A stretch of DNA of 64,000 nt from assembly GCA_001179505.1 (NCBI GenBank), contig CDMY01001000.1, positions 62,001 to 126,000 on the forward strand. The letters run 5' to 3'. The translations under genes were made by a program, and so were the position numbers. Source of the stretch: Vitrella brassicaformis CCMP3155. Lineage: Eukaryota > Protista > Chromerida. The notes under the pieces are model-generated. The model searched no databases and was not told the DNA's origin. It was given only the letters and a program-made list of their open reading frames with translations. Of this stretch, positions 36,879 through 48,745 are shown piece by piece. Position 1 is the stretch's first letter. Every line of letters begins with the position of its first letter.

Positions 36879-38336
36879 ATGGCCTGTCCGCTGAGGAGGT
36901 ATCCCTACCGTGACCGCACGCCGTCCGACCGGCTGCTGGACATCGTGCAGCTCAGGTCCGACCTGCTGGACAAGCGCGAGAGCGACCTCAAGAGCCGCTA
37001 CGAACTCATCGACGAGAACACGTCACTCCGACGATACAACAAAATCCTCGAAGACGAAGTCGAGCAACACACAGAGGGGGAGGGCAGCAAACAGAGAGAG
37101 GGACATGACATGTTGTGTGTTTGGCCTTCCTCGCCCACTGATGGATGCAGGTTGACGAGCTTGAGGCGGAGAACAGCCGCCTGGCGAATCGTTTCCGCAC
37201 CGCCCTCGCCCTCGAGGACCAGGCGACGAGCAGCGCCCGCAAGCTCAACGACGAGGTGGACACGCTGCGCAAGACGGTCACGGACCTGAGCGACAGCAAC
37301 ACCGGCCTCCGACACGAAAACCGACGGCTCAGGGTCGGTCACACACACACACACACACAGACAGCGGCGCACACACCTGACTGTCTGCCTGCTTATGTCT
37401 GTCTGTCTGTCTGTCTGTGTGTTTGTCAGTATGCGGTTGACTGTGTGGGCAAGCCGCTGTGTTGGTCGGGCATCGGTCCCGTGGGCGGCGGTGTGTACGT
37501 GGAGACCATCCAGTGGCGCGTCACGGGCATGACCCGCAAGCTCCGCAGCATCCCAATGTACAGCGCCATCACCAGCCCTATCCTCTCAAGTGCCCGACTC
37601 GGACTCTTCAAGTCAGTCAGGCACACAAGAGAGAGAGAGAGAGAGAGAGGGAGAGATCGATGGGGAGGGTCGATGTGTTTGTCTTTGCGTGTGTGTTTGT
37701 GTGTCGTTGTTGGTCACATTTCAGGGTTGAGTTTGATTTCTATCCCAATGGTGCAGCGGGCGCCCCGCCGCGGGCATGCACCGTCGTGTTCCGGTAGACA
37801 GAGAGAGACATTCATGAGAGAGAGAGAGAGAGAGAGAGATCTCTCGTTCGGGAGGGGGAGAGACATGACAGAAATGACGCCTGTGTGTGTGTGTGTGTGT
37901 GTTGGCATGTCAGGTGCGACAAGGGCGTTACACTCAAGTTCCAGTTGTTTGTGGGCAGCAAGCGGACCATCCCCATCGAATACACATTCACCGGTACTTG
38001 CCCCCCCCCTCCTCACACTCCACACGAGATCACTTGCTGTCTCTCTCTCTGTCTCTCTCTGTGTGTGTGTGTGTGTGTGCATGTGTGTGTCGTGCAGGGT
38101 ACGGCGGCTACCGTCACGACTTCAAGAAGGTGCGTGACGAGGTGGAGCTCGACGACACCCTACTCGTCGGCGTGGACATCCTCGAGTGCTGCACCTGGGC
38201 AAGCCCCATCTGCCCGCCTGCCGCATGCGCACTTCCTCCCACCACATGCGCCCTCGCGCCGCCCTACTGCACATACAGGTGGGTGCGTCGTGGCAGAAGG
38301 AGAAAGGACATAGCGAGACGTTTGTGTCTGAGTTAG
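36879..38336 (+). CDS. Coiled-coil + MATH/TRAF-like domain protein
   Basis: Heptad-rich exons 36879-37330, then ETIQWRVTGM..SAITSP, FRVEFDFYPNG, LKFQLFVG, and GYGGYRHDFKKV..DDTLLVGVDIL, which are MATH-like strands. Confidence 0.6.
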
Positions 38337-38773
38337 GCCGCTGTCTCGTGCTCTCAGGCCCCGATCGTGCGCGCTCGGCAGGAAGTACCTCACCGACCTG
38401 TAGATCGACGAAGCCCATCCCGTCCATCCAATACCTGCCTGTCTGTCTGTCTGTCTGAAGGTCTGTCTGTCGAATGGATCGACTGAGTGGATTGATGCCA
38501 TGAGTGAGAGTGAGAGTGGGTGTGAGTGCACTGCCCGATCGCTGGCTGTCGTCTCGTCTGACTGAACGACCGACCGACCGGTTTGGTGTGAACGCAGAGG
38601 GACACGAATTAGCAAAAAAAGGTGGAGGCTTGGAGGGATCGAATGAATGAGTGAGTGAATGATGACCGTGGGAGGAAGTGCTAGTGTGTGTGGTATGCTT
38701 TCGAGCCTTGAGTCGCACAGATGAAGATGTAAACAAGACACACACACGCACCCGTACACACACACATGGTGGG

Positions 38774-39757
38774 TCATCTCCCACCCAAATCTGTTGTCAT
38801 CTCATGCAGCAACGCATCCGCCTCCTGTCTCACTCTTGCAAGCTCCTCCATGTTCTCTCTCGTTTGCGCCTGTCTCGCCTCTATCCTCTGCTGCATCTCC
38901 TCAGCCCTCCTCTGCAGCTTCGTTGCCGACTGCTCAAGTGCTGCGTGTCTCTCCGCCATGCTTGTCCGCTCTTTCGTCTGGATGACGTCCTGTGCATGGA
39001 GGCTGGCTGCTTCCGCGAGGGTTCTCTCCTGTTGTCTCATGTAAGCTCCCAAGCTGCCCCTCGCACCGATGTGCTGCAGCTCCCTTGTTCTCTCCAACAC
39101 GTGGGCGATATTCTCTCGCCATCTCTCTCGGCACTCTTGCAGGTTGTTCCGATGTCTCGCAGCCTCGATGAGCAGCCACGCGGCCTCGGATGTGACTGTT
39201 TCGATGCCCAGATGTTGACCGTCTTTGCCCGGAACCCTTGCGGAGAGATCTCTTGTGTGTGGCGGCGCTGCCTTCTGAGTGGAAGCCAGCACGAAGGGCG
39301 ACGTGGCAAGGGCCGCCACAGACGGATAACTGCACCTCTGAAGGTCCTGCACATGAAAGCAAGCGGCACAAATGAGTGGACGTGATGACCACCCCATGGT
39401 GCCCCTGTGTCAGTGTCTGCCTACCCGCACACATCGGCTAAGCGTCCGGCAGGTGTCGTACGTCTTGACGCTGGCAGCCCGACAAAGGGAGAATTCGTTG
39501 TTGAGAGAGTGGATGTGGCCCTTCCACCGCCGCAAGAGAACATCGGCATCCGCCTCAGATCGCGGAATAGGGGCTCTGTTGGTGTCCATCGATATCTGTC
39601 TGGGAAGGGGATCAAGGGGGATCGCATGCATGCGCTTGGAGGGCGGCCCCCCAGTCTCAAATAATGGGATTCTCCCACATCTGTTGAGAGACACCCGTGA
39701 GTTCTTTGTCCGTGCCAACACTGCGTGCCCGCAAGCGTGCAGCACTGACCCACTCAC
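38774..39757 (-). CDS. Hypothetical coiled-coil protein
   Basis: Long open frame 38774-39397 with a heptad pattern (AALEQSATKLQRRAEEMQQRIEARQAQTRENMEELARVRQEADALL) and an upstream open exon. No recognisable domain. Confidence 0.4.
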
Positions 39758-39881
39758 TCACTCACTGACTCACTTGACTATACACACCACCATGCCAGAA
39801 TACAGCGCCGTGCAGCTCTACAGCTAGGTGGACATCCAATCCCTCTGCCCGTCCTCTCCACACAGGTGTGGTGGCCTGATT

Positions 39882-41258
39882 TCATCGGAGGCAGTACATC
39901 AGCACGGGATACAATTGCTGCACGACAGACAGCCAGGCAATGAAAACACACCGATCGATCGATCTGGCCAGTCACTTACCAACTCACCTTAGGAAAGTTG
40001 GGCTGCCTCATGTCGAGCAGCAGGTTCATGCCCGCCCGGGTGAACAGCTCGCGATAGTGCGAATCTGCCCTGTTGGTTGGACCGACAAAGACAGCGGCGA
40101 AACGAACTGCATCCAACCAGTGAGTGTGGGGAGTGGACTGTGTTTAGCCTCACCTCATGATGGAGTTGTCGCTTTTGTCGACGTGGAAGCCGCCGTCCAG
40201 CACCACATTCTCCTTCAGCACCACCACACCCTGATTTCAGACACACACTCGGACACACACGCCCATTCGCATGATACAGACATCCAGATCGTGTGTGTGT
40301 GCGTGCGTGCCTGTGGTCTGAGTGCTGTTTTGCATCTCTGGAGGAAGGACACGAAGTCCTCGTCCGTCAGGTACAGGCTCACCTGACACCAAAACATCAT
40401 GGTGGCCATGTGTGTCCTGTCGGCTGTGTGAGGGTGTTTATTGTGTTGTGTTGTGGTGGTTGCCTCATCTGGCTGACCCACTGGACCCAGATGCAGTCAT
40501 ATCGGCCGGCCTCAGGCACAAACGTCTGCAACGCCTCACAGTCGAACCTGCACACACAATACGCACCCATCACAAGACACACATCAGACAGACAGATGTG
40601 CGCATGTGGCATATGCTGCTCACCTCTCCACCCGCTGTCTGTCGAGCAGCGTCTTGGCCTTCTCAACATACTCAGCCCGCGGCTCAACCACGTCAGCCTG
40701 AACACACACACACACACACACACGCACACACAGACATCGCCTCCCGCTCTTTCTTCGCTTCACGCTCTCCCCACTGACGTGTTTGAAGCGGTGCAGCAGG
40801 CACCCCTCCGTCACCCGTCCGATGCCCGCCCCACAGTCGAGTGCCCGGCCCCACTCACACGGCCCTCCCCTGCCGGCAGGCAACTTCCCGATCTTGTCGA
40901 GGAACCGGAGGGAGCCGGACAGGTCGGTTGGCGACACGTTGCCATAACCTGCACACACACTCATGCTGACGATAGGTCAATGGCTGTGCTCACCTCCCAG
41001 CACGCCATCGACTGATATGGCCTGCTGCTGCATGCACATCACACAGATGCAGAGGCGTCTGTACAAGCAAGAGTCTCACATTCATCCACAATTCTGCCCC
41101 TGTGTGCCTCGTACCTTCCAGTACTCCTCTGCCCTGGCATACCACTGTTTGTGTTTTGCGTGGTCTCCACCGATCTCCTCATCCCAGAGCGCCTGGCAAG
41201 AAGGGTACTTGCGGCCATCCGAGTCCTCACCCATCTCTAATCCTGAAGGAACTGTCAT
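39882..41258 (-). CDS. NTMT1: Alpha-N-terminal protein methyltransferase 1 (NTM1/NTMT1 family)
   Basis: WYARAEEYWK; VDGVLGGYG.VSPTDLSGS; RALDCGAGIGRVT; DVVEP; YDCIWVQW; YLTDEDFVSFL.RC; VLKENV; DKSDNSIMR; final exon QLYPVLMYCLR*. Confidence 0.9.
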
Positions 41259-41631
41259 TAGCAAACACCACACGCGATGATTGGTATCAGTGAAGGCATG
41301 CGTTATCAATACCTTTAGCTCCTTACCTGGAGGGAAGGGTTCCTTCTTCTTCCCCGATCTCTTCCCTTCTTCACCGCGAGCTGTCGTTAGCGATCCACCG
41401 TTTTCCATTCCCTCCCGTGGATGATATCAGCCCTTGGGACGCCGCCCGCGCATTGCCTTTTGTGCTGTTTTGTTTCCTCTTTGCACTGAGGATCAGGCAT
41501 TGAGCACAGGGATGAGGAGAGAAGAAGAGAGAGCTGTCTCGAAGCGACAGCGAAGACACACGCGCCCTGTCTACTGAGTCTTCTCTTCGCTCGCCTGTTC
41601 CAGCACTCGTCTGATTGTGTTGACTCTGTTG

Positions 41632-41881
41632 ATGAACGATGCTGTGGTGTGTGGCGCAATTGCGGCTCTGCCACAATGTGGCGTGTGTTTTGAGGACTAC
41701 CACCACGAGGATGCCCAGTGGCACAGGCAGCCCCAGGTGCTGCGATGCGGTGAGTGAGAAACACACCCACCCAGGCAGACAGACAGAGGGAGGGAGGGAA
41801 TCACCGGCATGACTCGTGATCGGTTTGGTGTGTGTGTCCTGCGGCCACTCCGTCAGGTCACTCCTTCTGCGCGGCGGTACC

Positions 41882-41913
<32 letters not shown>

Positions 41914-44422
41914 GCACTCATTCCTGGAATGAGGGGCTCACGTGTGGCACCTTGCTGTCCGTCTCTGTGTGTGTGTCTGCAGTGTGTCCGGGGCCTCCTT
42001 GACAAGAGCCGTCGTCGGATAGCCGTCTGCCCGACATGCAGGTACGCAGACCAAGCCACACTAATATCGGTGGTTTTGTGCCCACGTGTCTGTGGCCGTT
42101 TCTGTCGATCAGGCGCGAGACCTCTCAGTCGGATGTGCACGTCAACTACGACCTCCGTGACATCGTGCAGCAGCTGCGGACGGCCACTGCGGCAGCACCG
42201 GCGCCAGCATGCGGCAACACGATACCCACACCCTCGGCGCCACCTGCTGTCCCTCCGAGTGGCCAACACGTACCCCTCACGGCTCGCCAGCGGCAGGAGG
42301 CGGACGACTATGCCTTGGCGGTCCGGCTATCGAACGACATCAATGCCATAGAGCCGCCGAGGCAAATGTGAGCAGCACCTCTCCGTCACTCACCTCAAGC
42401 AGGATAGTCATTGGCTTTGTGTCTGTCTGGGTGTGTTTGCCATCGGCAGTCTCGCCAATGGCGGCGCCGCCCCTTTGCGCCTTCGGACTGGCACATCGCC
42501 ATCTGGTGTGCAATATGAGGTGGTGCAGGAGGGCACCGGCAGGACGCCCACACGCCTCGACACCGTCTGGGTCGACGAGATCGGGTGGTTTGACGGATTC
42601 GACGGCCGGGACAAAGCATTCGATAGACGTGGGAAGGTCCGTCGTCTGTCTGGTCTGTATGGGTGGAAGCGCGAGGCATTGCTGTCGATGAGGGAGGGGG
42701 AGATGAGACAAATCAAAGTGCCAGACGGAGTCCGCTATGTTCAGCTGCGGTTAATCAGCATAGAGTAGGAAAGAGTGCACACTCACACACACACACGTCA
42801 TTGCCTTTATGTGTGCGTGTGTGTGCCATCGGCAGTCTCACCAATGGCGGTGGCGCCCTCCCTCCGTCGCAACCGCATTGGCCAACTCCTTTGCGCCGCT
42901 GGACTGGCACATTGCCGTCTGGCGTGCAATATGAGGTCGTCGCGCTCGGCACCGGCAGGACGCCCACACGCACCGACACCGTCAAGGTCGACTGGATTCA
43001 GTGGTTTGATGGATTCGATGGCCGGGACAAAGCATTCGATGGGCGTGGGCTGGTGTATCGCGTGTCTCATCGGGATGGGTGGGAGCGTGAGGCGTTGCTG
43101 TCGATGATGGAGGGGGAGGTGAGGCACATCACAGACGGAGTCCGCTACGTTAAGCTGCGGTTGATCAGCATAGAGTAAGAGAGAGTCCACACACATACAC
43201 ACACATGGTTGTTAGTGTCACCCATTCATCTGTGGTCCGGGGCTCTTCCCTTTGTGCCCGTCTGACAGGAGCAAGGCTGCGCCGGTGAGGACATCTGCCG
43301 GCGGACCCCAGCCGAGCGGCACGCAGCAACAGCAGCCGGCCGCCAACACCACTGCAGCACAGCGGGCCAGGTGGGTGCAGCGGAGAAGGGACCAAATGGT
43401 TATTGGCTTTGTGTGTGTGTGTGTGTGCGCAATCGGCAGTCTCGCCAATGGCGGTGGCGGCCTCCCTCCGTCGCCACCGCATTGGCCAACTCCTTCGCGC
43501 CTTCGGACTGGCACATTGCCATCTGGTGAGCAATATGAGGTGGTGGAGGAGGGCACCGGCAGAGTGCCCAAAGCCAACGACACCGTCAAGTACGACTGGA
43601 TTTGGTGGCGTCACGCATTCGAGGGCCTGGACAAAGCCGACCATTGCCGTGGGGCGGTGCGTCGTGTGTCTGATCTGTATGGGTGGGAGCGTGGGGCGAT
43701 GCTGTCGATGCGTGAAGGGGAGACGAGGCAGATCATACTGCCAGACGGAGTCAGTCATGTTCAGCTGCGGTTGATCAGCATAGAGTAAGAGAGTCCACAC
43801 ACGCACACACACATGGTTGTTAGTGTCACCCATTGATGTGTGTGCCCCGGGGCTCTTCCCTCTGTGCCCGTCTGACAGGAGCAGCGCTACGCCAGTGAGG
43901 ACATCTGCCAGCAGACCGCAGCCGAGTGGCACGCAACAGCAGCAGCAAGCTACCAGCAACAACACAGGACTGCGGGCCAGGTACAGAGGAGAAGGGACAG
44001 AATACACCTCACCGTCTGCCATGTTTGCTCCCTTCATTTGCAGTGACAGCGATGGCTTCACTGTGACCCCGTTGGGTGCTCGGCATCGCATTGTCACGCC
44101 CGGCATCGGCAGAACGCCCGCACCCTGCGACCGCGTCACGGTCGACCTCATTGGCTGGGGGGATGGATTTGGTGGCCAGCGCAAAGCCTACGATTTCCAT
44201 GGGCTGGTGGCTCGTGTGTCTGATCGGCTTGAGTGGGAGCGTGAGGCATTGCTGTCGATGCGAGAAGGGGAGACGAGGCAGATCGTACTGCCACCCGGAT
44301 CTGTCCGCTACGTTCAGCTGCGTTTGATTAGCATAGTGCAGAAGAGAGTGCACACCCACACGTGGGGGCGGCTATGTCTGCCACCCATTCGTGTGTGTGC
44401 CCGGGGGCTCTTCACTCGTTGA
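41632..44422 (+). CDS. C3HC4 RING E3 ligase-like protein + Ala/Pro linker + UIM-like helix + four tandem FKBP-like cassettes
   Basis: The RING CGVCFEDY..QPQVLRC|GHSFCAA|CVRGLL..VCPTCR is assembled through a 20-nt microexon (~41858-41877). The helix QEADDYALAVRLS follows. Cassette exons start at 42450, 42836, 43440 and 44044, and 102-nt linker exons lie at 43269-43370 and 43879-43980. All cassette and linker junctions are phase 2. Confidence 0.75.
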
Positions 44423-45627
44423 CTGTCTGACTGTGTGCCGCGGCTCTGAGTGGCGATGGAGTGAGTGTATCGTCATAGCTGTCTATAAGATCTGTCTGCA
44501 ATGAGTTTAGAAGTGAATGAGTCGACGGGCTGTAATTATCGGTCGGCCACTCACAGCCTCTCTCGCTCTGTGTGTGTATGCGTGTGCGTGCGTGTATATC
44601 TGTGTTGTGTGTGTGTGTGCTGTGTGCGTGGACAATGCCATAGGGGTCACTCTCATTCGGCATGCAGTGTTGCTGCTCGTGTCTGCTTTCGTTTCCTGCC
44701 GTCTGTTCGACAATCGTGGCACACGGCGGGGGACATAGAGGGGGATTGATAGAGACATCATGTGACACATCTGTATGTCTGTGAGTCTGTTGATGTCGAT
44801 CTATCTGATGTCGATAGGATTGTGGGTGTCGATAGAGCTCTGTGGTATGTGGCTTGGGTGATTGTGGGGATGTGAGACATGTGGGGTTCAATCAATCAAT
44901 GTGCGACTGGGAGTCTGCCCTTTGAACTGTCGACAAGTCACACCGATCAAGAAACACACACCCGCAGGCAGGCAGACAGACACACAGGGGCGAGAAAAAA
45001 CTCTCAAAAGTACACACTCTCTCAAATCACCATCACCCCTCATGTGGTGTGTGCCATGATGTTGGTGCCCAGACAGACAGCGCTGAGTCGTCCTCCTGTC
45101 CCCCTTCAAAATAGATGGTCTCATTCCCCATACACCAACGCACACAGCCCCGCCNNNNNNNNNNNNNNNNNNNNNNNNNNNNNNNNNNNNNNNNNNNNNN
45201 NNNNNNNNNNNNNNNNNNNNNNNNNNNNNNNNNNNNNNNNNNNNNNNNNNNNNNNNNNNNNNNNNNNNNNNNNNNNNNNNNNNNNNNNNNNNNNNNNNNN
45301 NNNNNNNNNNNNNNNNNNNNNNNNNNNNNNNNNNNNNNNNNNNNNNNNNNNNNNNNNNNNNNNNNNNNNNNNNNNNNNNNNNNNNNNNNNNNNNNNNNNN
45401 NNNNNNNNNNNNNNNNNNNNNNNNNNNNNNNNNNNNNNNNNNNNNNNNNNNNNNCCCCCCCCCCCCCCCCTCCTACATCACACAGACACTACGAGTGGCA
45501 AAATCAGACGGACGACACATTTCCTCCTTCGCTCAAATCGGAGGCACACAGTGCGACGAGGGAGGAGTTCCCCTCCCTTGAATCTGTGGCAGACACAGCC
45601 GCCCCCACGCTGTGTGTGCACTCTCTC

Positions 45628-47180
45628 CTACTCTAAGATGCTGACCAAAGGCACTTGAGTGTAGGGGGCTGAAAACTCGGCTGGAGCTATGATTCGTCTG
45701 ACCTCCCCCACACGCATCGACAGGAGCGCCTCACGGAACCACCCACCCCAGTCAGACACACGACTCACCCACCCAGCGCGACCAAAGCATTTGTCCCGGC
45801 CGTTGAATGCGTCATACCAGCCAACGTAGTCGAACTTGACGCGACGGTTGAGTGTGGGCACTCTGCCCCTAGAGTACGTGACGATGCGATGTCGCACACC
45901 AGATGGCATCACAGTGAAGCCGTCAGCATCAACAGGTAGTGCCTCAACACCGCTGCCGATAGCCACACTGACACGCAGCCACATGGAAACACAATACCAA
46001 AACTTGAGCGAATACATCAATGAACCAATCCTGTCTGGTCGCCAACCTGTGGCTGGTCGCCACAAGTGCTTGCTGGAAGCTCGGAGAGACACCAGGAGGT
46101 GCCGGGGGTGTCATGTTGTTTCCACCAGCATTGATTCCGTAGGACAGGCGCAGCGCTAAGGCATAGTCGTCCGCCTCCTGCCGCTGGCGAGCCGTGAGGG
46201 GTGCTTGTTGTTGGCCACTCGGAGGGACAGCAGGTGGTGCCGCGTGTGCCGTGTTGGTTGGTGCAGGTGCTGCCGCAGTGGCCGTCCGCACCTGCTGCGG
46301 ATGTCGCGGAGGTCGTAAATGGTGCGCACATCAGCCTCTGCAGTCTCGCGCCTGATTGACAGCCCAAAAAATACACACATGAGAGGAGAGAGCCAAGGGT
46401 GGCTTGCCTGCACAATCCACAGACAGCTGCGCGGCGGTCATGAGGATGGTTGCGAATGAGCTCCCGAACACACTGTACGCAGCAACCACACGACATGAGA
46501 CACTTGCTCACAAAGGAGAAAAGCAGTCTGTGCGTACCTCCCTGCAGCCCGAGTGACCTGGTAGACACAGACAGACAGATTGGTGACACCCATCCTCCCA
46601 CCCAGCCCCCACTAACCGCATTCGAGCGATTGAGGATCCCCGTTGGTACCCACAGAGCGCAAACACACAAAACACGGGGGAAAGTGCAACCTCACGCGAG
46701 ATCTGCAGCAACGGATACGGGAGTCAAGGATCCACCTATATATGAGTGTCACCCCGTGGAAGCCTCCTCCCCTGATCGGGCATTTCTTAAAACGTCCCAA
46801 ATGTGCCGAAAAATATTTAGAAATCGGCAAGTAGGCGAAAAATATTTAAAACAAATGAGGAGAAATTCTAAGAACTTTAGGCGATGACCGGGGGAGGGGG
46901 GGGCGGAAATGTTATTTAGAGGCTTGTTTTAGGTATTTCGAGGCTTGTTTCAGCCATTGAAAACACGTTTAAACCCTCTTCACTTCACCACCTCCAAACC
47001 AGCCATCTCCATTTTAAAACGACCCAAACCCCGCAAAAAATCGAAGGAGTAATTTTAAACAATTGCAAATAAAAACAAAAAAGGGGAGTAATTTTAAAAA
47101 ATTTCAAATACAAGGGAGGAGGCTTCCACGGGGTGATGAGTGTCTGTCGCTCACCCCACTGCCAGTGACACTATCGACAT
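45628..47180 (-). pseudogene. Paralogue of the 41632 RING gene with one FKBP-like cassette; 1-nt deletion near 46303 and a MITE in intron 1
   Basis: MSIVSLAVG|SRVRLHFPPCFVCLRS..LECG|HSGCRE|CVRELI..VCGLCR|RETAEADVRTIYDLRDI, then a frameshift (atc c-g cag versus atc gtg cag in the paralogue), then QEADDYALALRLS. Cassette exon 45967-45628. Confidence 0.65.
46750..47135. mobile_element. Non-autonomous DNA transposon (MITE), 386 bp, hAT-like signature
   Basis: Perfect 22-bp TIRs CACCCCGTGGAAGCCTCCTCCC (46750-46771 and 47114-47135). Identical 8-bp flanking direct repeats ATGAGTGT at 46742-46749 and 47136-47143. The interior is markedly AT-rich with no ORF. Confidence 0.9.
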
Positions 47181-47728
47181 CAGAAATGACCGGAAAGAGG
47201 AGAATTCGAAGGAAGGAATAAGGGTACGCTATTCCTGCTGGAAGTTTCGCCTTTCTAAGCTTGCAAAGTTGGACGCTGCTAACGTCAGGAAAGGCCTCAG
47301 ACAGCCGACACTGACTCAGATCCCAGCGAAAACTCATTCGGGCAGGGAGGCAAGCTGGTAGAAACAAGCATCGTTCGCGCACAAGCGCCTGAAGGGAGAT
47401 TACGGTTGGTTCATTGCAGCCGATCGACAGAACTATACATATGCATGTGAGAGAAACGAAGACACACGACAACAACCCCCTCATAGACAGACAGACGCTC
47501 ACTTAATGGCCTCCTTCCCCTCCCACCATACAGACCACACACCATCAACAATCCCTTACAGCACACCGACACCATGAGTGGCCAATCACACAGACAGCAC
47601 ATTTCCTCCTTCCCTCAAAACCAAAGCGCACAGTCAGCCAGGCAATGAGTGAAGAGCCCCCGGCCACACACATCAATGTGTGACACACACAGCCGCCCCC
47701 ACTCATTTGTGTGTGTGTGCACTCTCTC

Positions 47729-48350
47729 CTACTCTATGCTGATCAAACGCAGCTGAACGTAGGGGGGATCATACAAGTCGGGCACTTTGATCTGCCTCAC
47801 CTCCCCCTCTCTCATCGACATCAATGCTTCACGCTCCCACTCATTCAGATCAGACACACTGAACACCGCCCCAAGGAAATCGAGTGCTGTGTCCTGGCCC
47901 ACGAATGCATCACACCACACAACCCAGTCGATTTTGACGGTGTCGTTGAGTGTGGGCGTCCTGCCGGTGCCCTCCTGCACCACTCGATGGCGGGCACCGG
48001 ATGGGTAGCGAATGAACGTGGCGTCGCTGCTGCTGGCTGCTGACGACGAGCCCTCCTCCTGCTGACAGTGTGGCGCCGTCGCCATTGGTCACACCCACAC
48101 TGGCAACGAGAAAACATACTTTCACGATTCAGCCATTTGTGTGTGTTGGCCCCATCCTGCTTGTGGTGAGGCCTACGTGAGCTGTCTGAGGTCGTCTTTG
48201 ATGTCGGCCGCCAGTCTGATGTCGCCGTAGTGCTCCGGACGGATGGCCATCTGCTGCCCTTTGGCCGGGCGGCAGAAGCGCCACAACCACCCGGTGTTGC
48301 GGCCCCAAAAGAGACCAACCAGCCGATCACTCACTGCGACAAGAGGCTGC
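47729..48350 (-). pseudogene. Small VGLF-G domain exon + FKBP-like cassette (48099-47729); 2-nt deletion in the linker
   Basis: LVGLFWGRN..GQQMAIRPEHYGDIRLAADIKDDLRQL ac|gtagg. Relative to the 22569 copy, aca ctg cgt cag has become aca ctg t cag. The cassette itself is intact (RYPSGARHRVVQEGTG..YVQLRLISIE). Confidence 0.6.
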
Positions 48351-48745
48351 TGATGATGTGACTGCATACACACCCAGAGGACAGAGCGTGAGGGAGGACA
48401 GAGAGATCCCATCACTGCATCGATGACTTTGTCTGTTCTACATGTCATCCGTCGTTTCCCTGTGACCTCCTTTGAGGCGCTTGTTTACGTCAGCTTGCCT
48501 CCTTGCCTGAGCATCGACAGCACACGAGCAGACACACAAAGAATGGATTTTCTGCCGAGCTCTGGGCCAGTGTCGGCTGTCTGAGGCCTTTCCTGACCCA
48601 CGGGATCCGAAAATGATGGAGGAGAGGGAGGAAGCTTCGCTGGGTTTGCGAGCTTAGAGAAGGCGAGCCGAGATCCCAGCGGCTGTTGCGCAGAGGAGAG
48701 AGAGGCTACCAACATACAGATCCGTTCCATGCGGCGTGTTGCAGT

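Noticed and set aside
42450-44422. Repeat-spacer (CRISPR-like) reading of the tandem cassette array
   Set aside because: The units are ~300-bp protein-coding exons with splice sites, not short repeats with unique spacers, and no cas genes are present.
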